DNA from: Candidatus Krumholzibacteriota bacterium
GTDB taxonomy: Bacteria > Krumholzibacteriota > Krumholzibacteriia > Krumholzibacteriales > WJIX01
Assembly: GCA_034520215.1 (NCBI GenBank)
Contig: JAXHNR010000002.1
Coordinates: 344,642-408,641 of the forward strand
Direction of reading: 5' to 3'
DNA length: 64,000 nucleotides
Notes under the pieces: generated by a model
What the model saw: the letters and a program-made list of their open reading frames with translations, nothing else
What the model was told of the DNA's origin: nothing
Databases searched by the model: none
Position numbers and translations under genes: made by a program
Part shown: positions 30,775 through 41,293 of the stretch, one piece after another
Layout of the letters: the number at the start of each line of letters is the position of its first letter
Position numbering within the stretch: the stretch's first letter is position 1

Positions 30775-31365
30775 ATGACGCAGCAGAAGCAAGACTGGAT
30801 CAGGTCCAACGAGAGGGCGATGTGGTATTTTGGCGGTGTACCGGCGGCGATAGTACCTGACAACTTAAAAAGCGGTGTTACTCTCAGCAGCAGGTATGAA
30901 CCGGGCATTAATGATCTCCTCGATGATTTTGCCGGGTATTACAGGACGGTGATACTTCCTGCCAGAGCTGGTGCTCCCCGGGATAAGGCACTGGCTGAGA
31001 ACGGGGTAAAGCTGGTTTATCAGAGAATATATGCGCCTCTCAGAAACGAGATATTCCACTCTGTTGAGGAGATAAACGAAGCGATCCTTCCACTTCTGGG
31101 GCGTCATAATGATAAGCCATTCACGCGGCTTGGAGTATCCAGAAGGGAGCTGTTTGAGGAGATCGAGAAGAGCGAGCTTAAAGATCTTCCTGTAGAGAGA
31201 TATCCTCTCAAGTACTTCAAGAAGCAAAGGCATTCGGGGTTTAATGTTCATATCTCAGAAGCGATCCGGGCAGGTGACAAAGAGGCACTCACCCGGGTTG
31301 CCAGATATATGATGAGGAGCCCCGTAGTAATCTCACGACTAATCTATCACAGAGAAGCACAGTAG
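30775..31365 (+). pseudogene. istA: IS21-family transposase IstA, C-terminal fragment (type 2)
   Basis: WYFGGVPAAIVPDNLKSGV...DKALAENGVKLVYQRIYAPL is the conserved post-DDE IstA region. The matching N-terminus sits far away at 3050-3268 on the opposite strand. Confidence 0.7.
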
Positions 31366-31379
31366 GTCAGGATTAAAAA

Positions 31380-31800
31380 ACGTAACCCTGCAATCGGTGA
31401 TGAGATCGTCCTGGATGTACTCAGGTTTATCGCCAGGCTTTCGGTACAAATCCCGGATCCCCATGAGAGGATTGTCTTATACTACGGCCCATACTCGAAC
31501 GCCTCCGGCAGGCGCAGAACAACACAGGATGGAAAAGAACTGACACCGCCGGCAAAAGGCTTCTCGAGATCAGGTGAGAGTGAATACAGCAAGTCAAGAC
31601 GGATAAGCTGGGCTAAGCTGATAGCTAAAGTCTGGAAAGAGGACCACCTTCTCTGCAAAAAATGCTGAGGGAAAAATGAGGATTATTTCCTTTATCGCCG
31701 ATCCGGTGGTAATTGATAGGATTCTACGGACGCTTTGGCTGGAATCACTGCGATCAACCTCCTCCCCGTTATTATCCTCCGCTCCAGATCTGCAGCTCAC
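31380..31800 (+). pseudogene. IS91-family (rolling-circle Y2) transposase, C-terminal remnant, frameshifted
   Basis: Frame-shifted translations give ...RISWAKLIAKVWKEDHLLCKKC and ...IISFIADPVVIDRILRTLWL, the characteristic IS91/IS801 C-terminal zinc-finger tail. Confidence 0.45.
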
Positions 31801-32108
31801 CGCTAACCTGAAGCGGGGCGTATTAAGCGTAAGTTGTGTTACCTACAGAGGATGTTAGGTGGGGTGTGGTCTGATTTGGCCTTATCTCCCTACACCACAT
31901 CCAAACTTGCTTTATGGGCCCGGAACATGGCTGAAGAAAATTTCTCCATCCCTGAAATCAGAATAATGGCGACGAAGCACAGTATAAATGGGGCGCAAAA
32001 CCCCCTTGTTCGCACTTCCCCCGTTGACAGAAAAAATCGAATTTCTTATAATTATGGATAAATGATAAATAAATATTAGAATTACAAACTAAAACATATA
32101 AAAAACTC

Positions 32109-32939
32109 ATGGTTAATTGCTTATTTAAGTCATGGAAAGATATTATTCAGAATTCTATAGTAGAATTTTATAATGATATAGGAGATTCAGGCTTTATTGT
32201 AGGGAGTTTTCATGACGCGGAACTATTCATTGACCCAAAAGATATTGATGTGGCAATTATTTTTGATTACCTTGACACTGAAATGTTGCGGGTAGCAATA
32301 GAAAGAGCGGAGCTGTTATCACAAAAACTAAGCAATAATTTTGATTCTATAAATTTTATTCCCGAGTTTAAACAAGGACCAATTAAGCTAGCAAACAATA
32401 ATAAACAAAAACAAATCCATTTCTTCTTTTTTGAATATTCGGCAATCCAAAGGAAAAAAGGACATCCTTTCTTGTGTAGTTGGTTAATGAATAATTCTAG
32501 ACTTTTTGGCAAAGAATTGTCACAGATCATTAATGTAAGAGGTATTGATAGAAAAGTCCTAATTAATGATATTAATAATACCATTACTTCAATTAGTCAA
32601 GGAAAGATATGGTATTGGGAGTTTTATCAAAAAGAAAATAAGAACAAATTGAAAATGAAAATGGAATGGCAAAATGTCAATTCTAGAAATCAATATTTAG
32701 AACTTATTAGATATTCTAGACATATAATTCGTTCCTTTTTATTATATCTAACTGAAAATGACTCAAGTAAATCACAACTACTTATATCTGAATCCAATAG
32801 GATATTAGAATTGGAATTGTACAATAGAACTCATAATGAAATTGTGGAAAGTAAAAGATTTACATTTGATAAGGAAGTCTTTCATATTTTAAATTTTTTA
32901 CATACGGCAACTAACTATTTATCAAAACTTAAGGCTTAA
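32109..32939 (+). CDS. Pol-beta-superfamily nucleotidyltransferase-domain protein
   Basis: GSFHDAELFIDPKDIDVAII matches hG[GS]x9-13DxD. Confidence 0.45.
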   Translation: MVNCLFKSWKDIIQNSIVEFYNDIGDSGFIVGSFHDAELFIDPKDIDVAIIFDYLDTEMLRVAIERAELLSQKLSNNFDSINFIPEFKQGPIKLANNNKQKQIHFFFFEYSAIQRKKGHPFLCSWLMNNSRLFGKELSQIINVRGIDRKVLINDINNTITSISQGKIWYWEFYQKENKNKLKMKMEWQNVNSRNQYLELIRYSRHIIRSFLLYLTENDSSKSQLLISESNRILELELYNRTHNEIVESKRFTFDKEVFHILNFLHTATNYLSKLKA

Positions 32940-32941
32940 AC

Positions 32942-34564
32942 ATGATCGAATACGATATAATTATCCCAACCCATAAAAATTTTGATGAAAAAAAAGGATC
33001 AATTTTACCAACACTTTTAGGAATCTCTAATTTTATTGTTCAACCAATCAATGTATTCATAATAAGTAATGGCGATGATGAGAAAACAAAGAACCGTTTG
33101 CACGAAACATGTTCAATGTTTAAAAATGTAGTATTAATTGAAGAAAAAGTAGCAAATCGGGCTAAAGCAAGAAATATTGGTATTGGAAAAAGCAAATCAG
33201 ATTTTGTAATGTTTATGGATGATGATATAATAGTATCTCCTGAAGCAATTAATTTTTTCGTCAAAAATATATCTATGCATTCATTTCTATGTGGTGCTTG
33301 GAGACGCTATATTCCTCAAAATACTAAAGTCTCTACTATTAATGAATATTTAAAGCAGCAAAATTATCAGGATATAGATAATCTAGCTTCTGATGAACCA
33401 TCGTATAAACCCTCTCCTAAGGGAGAATATAATGGTTTACTACAACAATCGACATTTATATCGTGTTTTGGTGGAGCATCAAGAAAATGTATTAATGAAG
33501 TAGGTGGTTATGATGAAGAGTTTGAGGGATGGGGTCTTGAGGATACAGATCTAATGAGAAAATTAATACAAACTGTCAATTTTATTAGTATGGCTCCATC
33601 TTTGGTCTGGCATTATGATCATCTTGTTCAACCATATAGATGGAAAGAGCATTGGGGAATTAACTGGAATACTTATATTAAAAATTCAAAGGATAGAGGT
33701 TTTCTCATGCTTCGTGCCCTTTTTAATAAAAAAGAAGCTACAGTTAATGATGAAGAAGTATTGATCTCACCAAAAAATGAAAAAGCATATTCATTAATTC
33801 CAAAACAACTCAAGCCAATTTATCAAGCTCATTTAAAAGAGTGCGTTGATATATATTCTTCTGATTATTATTGTGTTGGTGTTATTCTATATGGTTCAGC
33901 ATTATATAGCGAAGAGCCCAGTGATTTTGATATTACAAAAATTGTATTTAAAGGGAAACAAGAGTTTAATTATTTTAATAGATCGATTATCCCAATTGAT
34001 GAACATATTATTGGTCTTTTTTCTATTAAACATTTTATTGATCATCCTTTTTATGATCCAAATAGATGGTTCATTATTGCGGGCAAATTTGCAGAAGGAT
34101 TATACCTGTGGCAAAATGTTAATATTAAAGAAAAAATTTCATATTGGATAGAAGAATCTATTAAGAGATTTTGGTTACATCTATTGTCCTACCATCTTGG
34201 TAGAGTTTTAAAATTGATAAATGAAGAACACTATATTGATAGATCAAAAGCATATTGGCACTTTTCTCTAATCCTTTGTTTCTCGAAATCAATATTCCCA
34301 ATAAAATATAGGTATCCATATTCCAATGACATAGACATTCAATCAATGCTAATAAACTTTGAGAATGAAATCATGCCATTAAAGTTATACGAAAGAAAAA
34401 AAGAGACATTAATAATTCTACAAAAATACATATTCGATATCGTAGCTAAATACGATAATAATCAAATATATCCCATATACTATCAGGACAGTTTAATTTC
34501 AATAAATGAGATTAAAAAAATCACTAAATCAGAAATACAATACAAATTAGCTCCATTAGGTTAA
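32942..34564 (+). CDS. family-2 glycosyltransferase fused to a nucleotidyltransferase-like C-terminal domain
   Basis: N-terminal IIIPTHKNF...GIGKSKSDFVMFMDDDIIVSPEA (GT2 with DDD). C-terminal VILYGSALYSEEPSDFDI (GS...DxD). Confidence 0.5.
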   Translation: MIEYDIIIPTHKNFDEKKGSILPTLLGISNFIVQPINVFIISNGDDEKTKNRLHETCSMFKNVVLIEEKVANRAKARNIGIGKSKSDFVMFMDDDIIVSPEAINFFVKNISMHSFLCGAWRRYIPQNTKVSTINEYLKQQNYQDIDNLASDEPSYKPSPKGEYNGLLQQSTFISCFGGASRKCINEVGGYDEEFEGWGLEDTDLMRKLIQTVNFISMAPSLVWHYDHLVQPYRWKEHWGINWNTYIKNSKDRGFLMLRALFNKKEATVNDEEVLISPKNEKAYSLIPKQLKPIYQAHLKECVDIYSSDYYCVGVILYGSALYSEEPSDFDITKIVFKGKQEFNYFNRSIIPIDEHIIGLFSIKHFIDHPFYDPNRWFIIAGKFAEGLYLWQNVNIKEKISYWIEESIKRFWLHLLSYHLGRVLKLINEEHYIDRSKAYWHFSLILCFSKSIFPIKYRYPYSNDIDIQSMLINFENEIMPLKLYERKKETLIILQKYIFDIVAKYDNNQIYPIYYQDSLISINEIKKITKSEIQYKLAPLG

Positions 34565-34766
34565 AAAGCTTGCAAAGAATGAGCAAAACATTGCTGCTCG
34601 TTTTACTTCTCGGTTTGAGCTGGGAAACAGATAATTCTTTCTCCCGATCTTATGGAAAGCTTTCAGTGTCTAGCGACAATTATTTTTCCCGTCTGGCGAC
34701 AATTAGAATTCCCGGTTATTAAGGGAATTGATAGACTGTCCAAGTCATGAGAATAAGGAGGCTTGG

Positions 34767-36143
34767 ATGGTCACGGACAGGCAGGTGAAATTACTGATGA
34801 AACTATTACAAAATGAGAAAACATTAAGGGTAGCTGCGGCGAAATCGGGTATGGATGAGAAGACAGCGAGGAAGTACCGGAAACTGGGGAAATCACCGAG
34901 TGAATTAAAGCGAGAATATAGTTGGCGAACCAGGAGGGATCCGTTTGCGGAGGTATGGGATGAGGTCAGCGCCATGTTGGGCTTGAATCCCGGATTGGAA
35001 GCGAAGACACTGTTTAAGGATTTGCAGAGACAATATCGGGGGCGATTTTCAGATGGGCAGCTTCGCACCTTTCAACGAAGGGTAAAAACGTGGAGAGCTA
35101 CAGAAGGGCCCTCGAAGGAAGTGTTTTTTGACCAGGTATACGAGCCTGGTGTTCTTTGCCAGTCTGATTTCACCAGTATGAACAAGTTGAATATCACTAT
35201 CGGGGGGCAACCGTTTGATCATTTGATCTACCATTTTATCCTGCCGTACTCGAACTGGGAGACAGGGACGATATGTTTCTCGGAGAGTTTTGAGAGTCTT
35301 TCAGAGGGTCTTCAGAACGCGCTATGGGAGCTTGGGGGAGTTCCGGTATCACACAGGACTGATCGTTTAACAACAGCGGTTCATAAGACTGTCCATCCGG
35401 AGGAATTCACCCGGCGTTATAAAGGTCTGCTGAAACACTATGGTCTAAGGGGCCAGAAAATACAGACAGCATCCCCGAACGAGAATGGTGATATTGAGCA
35501 GAGTCATTATAGGTTCAAGAAAGCGGCAGAGCAGTCTCTAATGCTTCGTGGCAGCAGGGACTTTGCCGACAGAAATGAATATTCCGGTTTCCTGGGCCAG
35601 ATATACGATCAGCTGAATTCTGGCCGCAGGGAGCGCTTTAAAGAGGAGCTGAAGGTGCTGCGGCGATTACCAGAAAGACGTCATGAGGCATGCAAACGTC
35701 TTGATGCGAGGGTAACACGCGGGAGTACTATAAGGGTTAACCATAACGTGTACTCAGTTGACGGCCGGTTGATCGGAGAGACTGTCAATGTTCGGCTCTA
35801 CGTTGAGCATCTTGAGGTCTGGTACGCTCAACGCCTGGTTGAGACCATCCCCCGGCAGAGAGGTGAAGGAAAGCATTATATCCAATACCGGCACATAATA
35901 GACTGGCTTGTCAGGAAGCCGGGAGCCTTCGAGAACTACCGCTACCGAGATGATCTTTTCCCAACGAGCCGTTTCAGGATGGCCTATGATGCGTTTAAAA
36001 GGAGGCATTCACAGCAAAAGGCGAGCAGAGAATATCTTCGGATACTATATCTGGCACCCAGAGAGAACGAAAAGCGTGTTAATGATGCGCTGCGTGTGCT
36101 GATGGGAATGCCATCATTACAGCCGATTCTGTCGAGGAGATAG
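34767..36143 (+). CDS. istA: IS21-family transposase IstA
   Basis: N-terminal HTH, DDE-type integrase core. ATG at 34767 is preceded by AAGGAGG. The track starts at 34728. Confidence 0.75.
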   Translation: MVTDRQVKLLMKLLQNEKTLRVAAAKSGMDEKTARKYRKLGKSPSELKREYSWRTRRDPFAEVWDEVSAMLGLNPGLEAKTLFKDLQRQYRGRFSDGQLRTFQRRVKTWRATEGPSKEVFFDQVYEPGVLCQSDFTSMNKLNITIGGQPFDHLIYHFILPYSNWETGTICFSESFESLSEGLQNALWELGGVPVSHRTDRLTTAVHKTVHPEEFTRRYKGLLKHYGLRGQKIQTASPNENGDIEQSHYRFKKAAEQSLMLRGSRDFADRNEYSGFLGQIYDQLNSGRRERFKEELKVLRRLPERRHEACKRLDARVTRGSTIRVNHNVYSVDGRLIGETVNVRLYVEHLEVWYAQRLVETIPRQRGEGKHYIQYRHIIDWLVRKPGAFENYRYRDDLFPTSRFRMAYDAFKRRHSQQKASREYLRILYLAPRENEKRVNDALRVLMGMPSLQPILSRR

Positions 36144-36243
36144 CACTCAGCGGCAATGAACCGGAGCCTGCCACTGATGTGAACATAGCAGATGTGGATC
36201 TCAGTGAGTATGACGCTCTTCTCGGTGAAAAGGAGGTGGCGAC

Positions 36244-37092
36244 ATGCTGAAAGCAGCAGAACAAAGAGATCTTCTTTTGAAATGCCTCAAGACTCTCCGG
36301 CTGCCGACAGTCCGTGAGTGTTACGAAGATCAGGCTGAAGAGGCAAGACGGGAAAGCTTAAGTTATGAGCATTATCTGTTAGAAGTTATGGAGCGTGAAC
36401 GCGAGGTTCGAGCCCAAAACCGTGTAATCCGGTTACTACGGCAATCGAAGCTGCCGTTGGAGAAAACAATAGATACTTTCGACAGGAACCGTCTTCCACG
36501 TAATGTTAACGCTCATCTCGATGTACTTCTGGAAGGTTCTTTTATAGACCGCAGAGAGAATGTGCTGGCCTTTGGTAATCCGGGCACTGGCAAGACTCAC
36601 CTTCTCTGTGCAATAGGGCAGGAACTGATCCATCAGGGCCGGAGAATCTATTTTAGACCGTGCAGTCCCCTGGTCCAGGATCTACTGGAAGCAAAGAGAG
36701 ACCTGAAACTTAAGCGACTACTGAAAAAACTGTCAAAATATGACGCGATCATCATTGATGATATAGGCTACGTGCAGCAGAACCGGGAAGAAATGGAAGT
36801 TTTGTTCGTTCTGCTAGCAGAACGATACGAAAGAGGCAGTGTGATGCTCACAAGCAATCTGCCGTTCTCAAAGTGGGAGAAAATCTTCAAAGATCCAATG
36901 GTAACTGCCGCAGCCATAGATCGACTTGTTCATCACAGCGTTATACTTGAACTCAATCTAGCCAGTTACAGATTAGAAGAATCAAACAAAGGAAGGAGAA
37001 ATAAAAAAACAAAATCGGCCACAAGAAAATCCAGAAACTATACCGGAAAGAAAAGGGAAAATTCATTGTCGTTAAAGAGAAAAAATAGTTGA
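36244..37092 (+). CDS. istB: IS21-family helper ATPase IstB
   Basis: Walker A GNPGTGKTHL, Walker B IIIDDIGY, and the IstB C-terminal tail. Confidence 0.75.
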   Translation: MLKAAEQRDLLLKCLKTLRLPTVRECYEDQAEEARRESLSYEHYLLEVMEREREVRAQNRVIRLLRQSKLPLEKTIDTFDRNRLPRNVNAHLDVLLEGSFIDRRENVLAFGNPGTGKTHLLCAIGQELIHQGRRIYFRPCSPLVQDLLEAKRDLKLKRLLKKLSKYDAIIIDDIGYVQQNREEMEVLFVLLAERYERGSVMLTSNLPFSKWEKIFKDPMVTAAAIDRLVHHSVILELNLASYRLEESNKGRRNKKTKSATRKSRNYTGKKRENSLSLKRKNS

Positions 37093-37102
37093 CGCTAGAC
37101 AC

Positions 37103-37351
37103 TTCACCATCTTCGAGCTTCCGGAGAGTCACCGAAGAAGACTCCGAACTACCAATGGTCTGGAGAGATTGAATGAAGAGATAAAGAGAAGAACCAAAGT
37201 AGCAAGGCTGTTCCCCAATGAAGCGTCGCTTCTTCGGCTGGTCAGTGCAGTTTTATCTGAGATCAGTGAAGAATGGGAGACCGGTAGAAGGTATTTAAAC
37301 ATGGAAAACGAATGGCCCGCTGATAGAATTTACAGAAAAGATGTTGCATGA
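37103..37351 (+). pseudogene. IS256-family transposase, C-terminal fragment interrupted by the IS21 insertion
   Basis: Translation from 37103 gives FTIFELPESHRRRLRTTNGLERLNEEIKRRTKVARLFPNEASLLRLVSAVL, the conserved IS256 Tnp C-terminus. It begins exactly at the IS21 right end. Confidence 0.6.
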
Positions 37352-37448
37352 TCCCAGAAAATCTTTAACTTATTAGATATTAGTGCATTATCAATTACAG
37401 AGAAAAACCCATTAAGGAAATCAATCACTCCTCAATATTAGGAATGGT

Positions 37449-38093
37449 CTAATTAATTTCAATATAGTGACGTAAAATTGCTAACTCATAATTATTTATA
37501 AAGATATTTTTTGATTTATCCCTTGAATAGAGGATTATAAGTGCTTTTCCAACTTTTTCATAATTTTCATCATTGTAATGAGCATGAATTTGACAATTAT
37601 ATTTTGGAAAATCAAACCAAATAAACGGAGATCCGTTTTTATCTTTATCCTTTGTTGTTTTTGCCGGCTTAATATCCCCACTGAGAACTCCATTCATAAA
37701 TGCTTTGGAATTGAATTTCTTGTCTACTTCTTCCGGGTATTTTTGTCGGTTCTTATCTTCTTTCACTAGTTTTTGCTGTTCTTCATAATATGCTAATTTC
37801 TTTTTATTTTTTGAATGGACAAGCCCAGATATTAGTGACGGAAAAACTGGACACAGAATGCTAATCCAAAGTGCAGTTATTAAGTCACTTCCAGAAATGT
37901 GCTCACCTAGTATTGTGGCCAAAAGAAGAATAAGGAAATTGATAATCAGCAGCACTAGAAAACCAATAAAAAAAATCATAGACATAGCCTTTAATATGCT
38001 GCCACCATGGATAAGTTTAGTTGACTTATATTGTTTTGAATTCAACAGAGCCCCCTCTGGAATGAATCTATAATCTGCTCTATTTCCTCCCAT
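37449..38093 (-). CDS. hypothetical membrane protein (two N-terminal TM helices)
   Basis: ORF with hydrophobic N-terminus (IFFIGFLVLLIINFLILLLATILG). No known motif. Confidence 0.35.
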   Translation of the reverse strand: MGGNRADYRFIPEGALLNSKQYKSTKLIHGGSILKAMSMIFFIGFLVLLIINFLILLLATILGEHISGSDLITALWISILCPVFPSLISGLVHSKNKKKLAYYEEQQKLVKEDKNRQKYPEEVDKKFNSKAFMNGVLSGDIKPAKTTKDKDKNGSPFIWFDFPKYNCQIHAHYNDENYEKVGKALIILYSRDKSKNIFINNYELAILRHYIEIN

Positions 38094-39004
38094 TGCGAGT
38101 TGCTATAACTGAAGAAGTGCTTGGTATCATAAAACATATTCATCTTTTCACTCGTTACACTTTTAATCTGATTTTCTGTATTTTATGTCCCATCGAGAAT
38201 GCTAACGCTGCAGCTCTCTTGCGGCGGGGATTTCGATCACAGAACATCAATATACCACAGAAATTGAGACAAACGACTAATTCTAAATTTTGCACGGTGC
38301 CTCCGCCGTCAAGAGCAGCCACTTGATACTCATTGAGGCCTCCCCCTCAGCATACCACTGAGGTATAATAAAGATTAATCGGCTATTTTCACCTTTAACA
38401 AGGAGGAGAATTTTATCCCTTGACAAGGGAAGGCCTCATAGGTGTTATGCCCAAATATTGGACTGCTTCATATCTTTTTATTGTCTATATTTATATTATT
38501 TTTATTGATAGTCAAGAACTTTTTTCCGATTTACTTTTTCTTCAGTAAAAAAAGATGTAACGAAATTATGGACAAAGTATTTGTAATAGCCATATTCTTC
38601 ACGTCGAATATCTGAAAGGGTATCCGTAAATTTCATGTAAAACCATTGTTCCATTATATTTCGATCATGACAATTCATTTAACACTCTATGTACTTTTCC
38701 AATTATCATTAATACTTGGGGCATACAGTATACAGCACTGTATAACTAAATAACTGCATTATAAGCCTTCTGTATAACACGAATGAATTCACTTAATGAA
38801 CCATATTTTTTAACTCTTTTGATTCTTTTTTAATCAAAATCGTGAACCCTTGTCCGCTATTGTCCGGATATAAATATCTATATTGATATATAGCGAAAGA
38901 TAAAAGTGTCGAACTATATGCATTAAGTTGTGCTTATTACAATAAGCTAAGTTAATACAATAAGTTATGCAAATATTAACGATGGACTAAATGGAGGCAT
39001 TTAA

Positions 39005-39187
39005 ATGAAAAAAAATTCTATTTTGGCAAATTTTTCAGAAAAAAGACGCAAATTGATTACTAATTTAGTCAGTAAGCATCCCGAGTTGGCGGAAGATGCT
39101 GTAATGCCTACTGTTTCTGACATTTACAGTCATGCAGGTTCAGGCAGGGATGAAGAAGACGAATTTCTTAAAAAGAGTTTGAGATAG
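39005..39187 (+). CDS. 60-aa small protein, candidate substrate peptide of the downstream rSAM/SPASM enzyme
   Basis: Ends 3 nt before the rSAM start. RBS AATGGAGG. Acidic C-terminal half (SGRDEEDEFLKK). No Cys. Confidence 0.35.
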   Translation: MKKNSILANFSEKRRKLITNLVSKHPELAEDAVMPTVSDIYSHAGSGRDEEDEFLKKSLR

Positions 39188-39189
39188 TC

Positions 39190-40230
39190 ATGAAAAAAAT
39201 AAATTCAGAGCTGGAACCGGTTCCCCGGCGCTGTTCGTGGGAACTGACGCTTGGTTGTAATCTGAGCTGCTCGCACTGCGGATCTTCTGCAGGCCAGAAA
39301 CTTTCAGATGAACTCAATACAGAGGAAGCGTTCTCAGTCGCAGACCAATTGTCTGAAATGGGATGCCAGAATGTAACACTTCTGGGCGGAGAACCGTTTC
39401 TACGCGACGACTGGGATAAAATAGCTTCCCGGCTGGTATCTAACGGGATTGAGACCACGTTAATTTCTAATGGTGTGCTCGTAGATGATTCAGTGGTCCA
39501 TCGGTTAAGAGATGCTGGAGTAAGGTCATTAGGGTTAAGCGTTGACGGCCTCGAAAACACCCACAACCGATTAAGAGGAAGAAATGATGCTTTTGAAAAA
39601 GTTCTGAGAGCCTCTGAATTGGCAGTGAAGGCCGGTATCTCAGTATGTGCTGTAACGGTAGTACTGCCTGAGAATTTTCATGAACTCAATGACCTTGCGA
39701 GGATATTGGAATCTCGGGGAGCGAAATACTGGCAATTACAACTGCCAATTCCCTGCGGGCGTTACAAATTAAAAAGTTGGTTGAAGCCGGAAACAGCTAA
39801 AAAGCTTGTAGACTTTATCGCCGAAGTTCAGGATAATTCCAACCTGTTGACTTATGCGGGATGTAACGTCGGTTATCTTGGAGATAAGGAAGAAGTTATC
39901 CGAACCGCGCGAAATGAAGGGCTTGGTTTTTGGACTGGCTGCTATGCGGGCGTTCTCATGGTCGGAATAAGAAGTAATGGTGACGTGACAGGTTGTTTAA
40001 CCATGCCAGATGAACTTACAGCCGGGAATCTTCGAGATAAAAGCTTGAAAGAGATCTGGGAAGATAATGATTCCTTCAGTTACAACAGAACTTTTGACAG
40101 GAAATTTCTTGCTGGGGATTGTGCTGCGTGTGAACAATCAGATATTTGCCGGGGAGGGTGCAGAACTATGTCTTATTATTTGACAGGAGGTCTTTATGGC
40201 GATCCTTGCTGCGAATTGCAGGTTGGTTAA
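39190..40230 (+). CDS. radical SAM enzyme with SPASM domain
   Basis: CNLSCSHC matches CxxxCxxC. LLGGEPFL is present. C-terminal CAACEQSDICRGGCRT...CCE Cys cluster. Confidence 0.75.
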   Translation: MKKINSELEPVPRRCSWELTLGCNLSCSHCGSSAGQKLSDELNTEEAFSVADQLSEMGCQNVTLLGGEPFLRDDWDKIASRLVSNGIETTLISNGVLVDDSVVHRLRDAGVRSLGLSVDGLENTHNRLRGRNDAFEKVLRASELAVKAGISVCAVTVVLPENFHELNDLARILESRGAKYWQLQLPIPCGRYKLKSWLKPETAKKLVDFIAEVQDNSNLLTYAGCNVGYLGDKEEVIRTARNEGLGFWTGCYAGVLMVGIRSNGDVTGCLTMPDELTAGNLRDKSLKEIWEDNDSFSYNRTFDRKFLAGDCAACEQSDICRGGCRTMSYYLTGGLYGDPCCELQVG

Positions 40231-40265
40231 AATGAAGGTGGATTCTTAAAATAGGGAGGCGAATT

Positions 40266-41255
40266 ATGAGCACAAAAAAGATTATATCTTTATCAGCAAT
40301 AATTGTAGTAATTGTGGCAGTTGTTTTGGCTGTAGTTCTTTCTCAGAGGGAAGTTTCGGAGAGCCGCACTATCAGATTCGGCTACAGGCCAATTTCTCCG
40401 TCCATAGATTTCTTCGTGGCAATGGACCGGGGCTTTTTTGAAGACGAAGGTTTAAATGTTGAGGTTAAAATATTCAGGGGAAGCAGTGACCTTACTAACG
40501 CTGTAATGGCCGGAGATGTTGATTTCGCCTCGGATTTAGGTATGGTTACCCAATTGCTTCCCATGATGCGCACAGGGGAGTATAAGGTGCTCTTCCTATC
40601 TCTAGACCTGGACGCTTTAGATTCACCCATGCGTGGGCCCACACTTGTGGTAAAGAAAGGTATCGGGGTTAGCGGCATAGAAGATCTAAAGGGGAAAAGC
40701 GTAGGTATATTCCCTGGAGTCAATTTCAGAATATTCCTGGAGGCCGTTTTAAGTGAACACGGCATAGATGTAGAAAAAGACGTTAATGTTGTCCAGATTC
40801 CGCCGCAAGAGCAGATGACAGCGTTTAAATCAGTAGACGCTCTTTTATCACTCGATCCAATCACAAGCGGGATAGAGAAAAGGTACGATGCTGAGGTATT
40901 AGCGGATCGAGTTTCAGCCAGATATATCTTTGATAACTTTCCTGCGGCCGCATCGTCGGTTAATCGTGAATTTGCAGAAAAATATCCTGAAATAGTGGCG
41001 AAGGTGGAGAGAGTAATTTCGCGGGGAATAGATTTTGTCCGCGAAAATCCTGATCAAACCGTGGAATCGCTCGCTGAATGGACGAATTTGCCGGTTGAAA
41101 TCGCCAAGACGATGGAGCCAGTAAAATATGCCAAGCACAGCGAGATCGATGTTCAGCAGCTTCAGAGGGCATGTGACTATATTTATGATATTGATTGGCT
41201 TAAATTAAACAGTAACCTCGATGCGTCGCGGCTGGTTTGGAAAAAGAAAAGCTGA
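40266..41255 (+). CDS. ABC transporter substrate-binding protein, NMT1/THI5-SsuA/TauA-like
   Basis: N-terminal signal/TM. Family assignment is by overall sequence character and its position with the NitT/TauT-type ATPase and permease. Confidence 0.55.
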   Translation: MSTKKIISLSAIIVVIVAVVLAVVLSQREVSESRTIRFGYRPISPSIDFFVAMDRGFFEDEGLNVEVKIFRGSSDLTNAVMAGDVDFASDLGMVTQLLPMMRTGEYKVLFLSLDLDALDSPMRGPTLVVKKGIGVSGIEDLKGKSVGIFPGVNFRIFLEAVLSEHGIDVEKDVNVVQIPPQEQMTAFKSVDALLSLDPITSGIEKRYDAEVLADRVSARYIFDNFPAAASSVNREFAEKYPEIVAKVERVISRGIDFVRENPDQTVESLAEWTNLPVEIAKTMEPVKYAKHSEIDVQQLQRACDYIYDIDWLKLNSNLDASRLVWKKKS

Positions 41256-41293
41256 GTTTTTTAATCATCAGATAATGGGTTAGGACTTGTACT

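Larger units (their letters stand above)
34667..37102 (+). mobile_element. complete IS21-family insertion sequence (type 1), about 2.4 kb
   Basis: Left terminus tgtctagcgacaatt with internal direct repeats. Right terminus reverse-complements to gtgtctagcgtcaactatttt. Carries intact istA and istB. Confidence 0.75.

Noticed and set aside
31594-32061. Three short ORFs (68, 60, 75 aa)
   Set aside because: They lie in frameshifted IS91 remnant sequence and adjacent junk. No RBS and no conservation signal.
37063-37102. IS21 terminal sequence gtgtctagcgtcaac as a possible attC core
   Set aside because: It does not fit RYYYAAC/GTTRRRY. It is repeated at IS21 ends (34667, 56103, 59915) with IstA-binding-type internal repeats, so it is an IS terminus.
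38100-39000. Possible promoter hexamers (TTGACA near 38415, TATAAT near 38370) in the AT-rich spacer upstream of the peptide/rSAM operon
   Set aside because: Spacing between the two hexamers is wrong for a single sigma-70 promoter, and AT-rich DNA yields many chance matches. Not reported as a feature.
40382-40864. 160-aa minus-strand ORF overlapping the ABC substrate-binding protein gene
   Set aside because: Antisense to a well-supported CDS in an operon.
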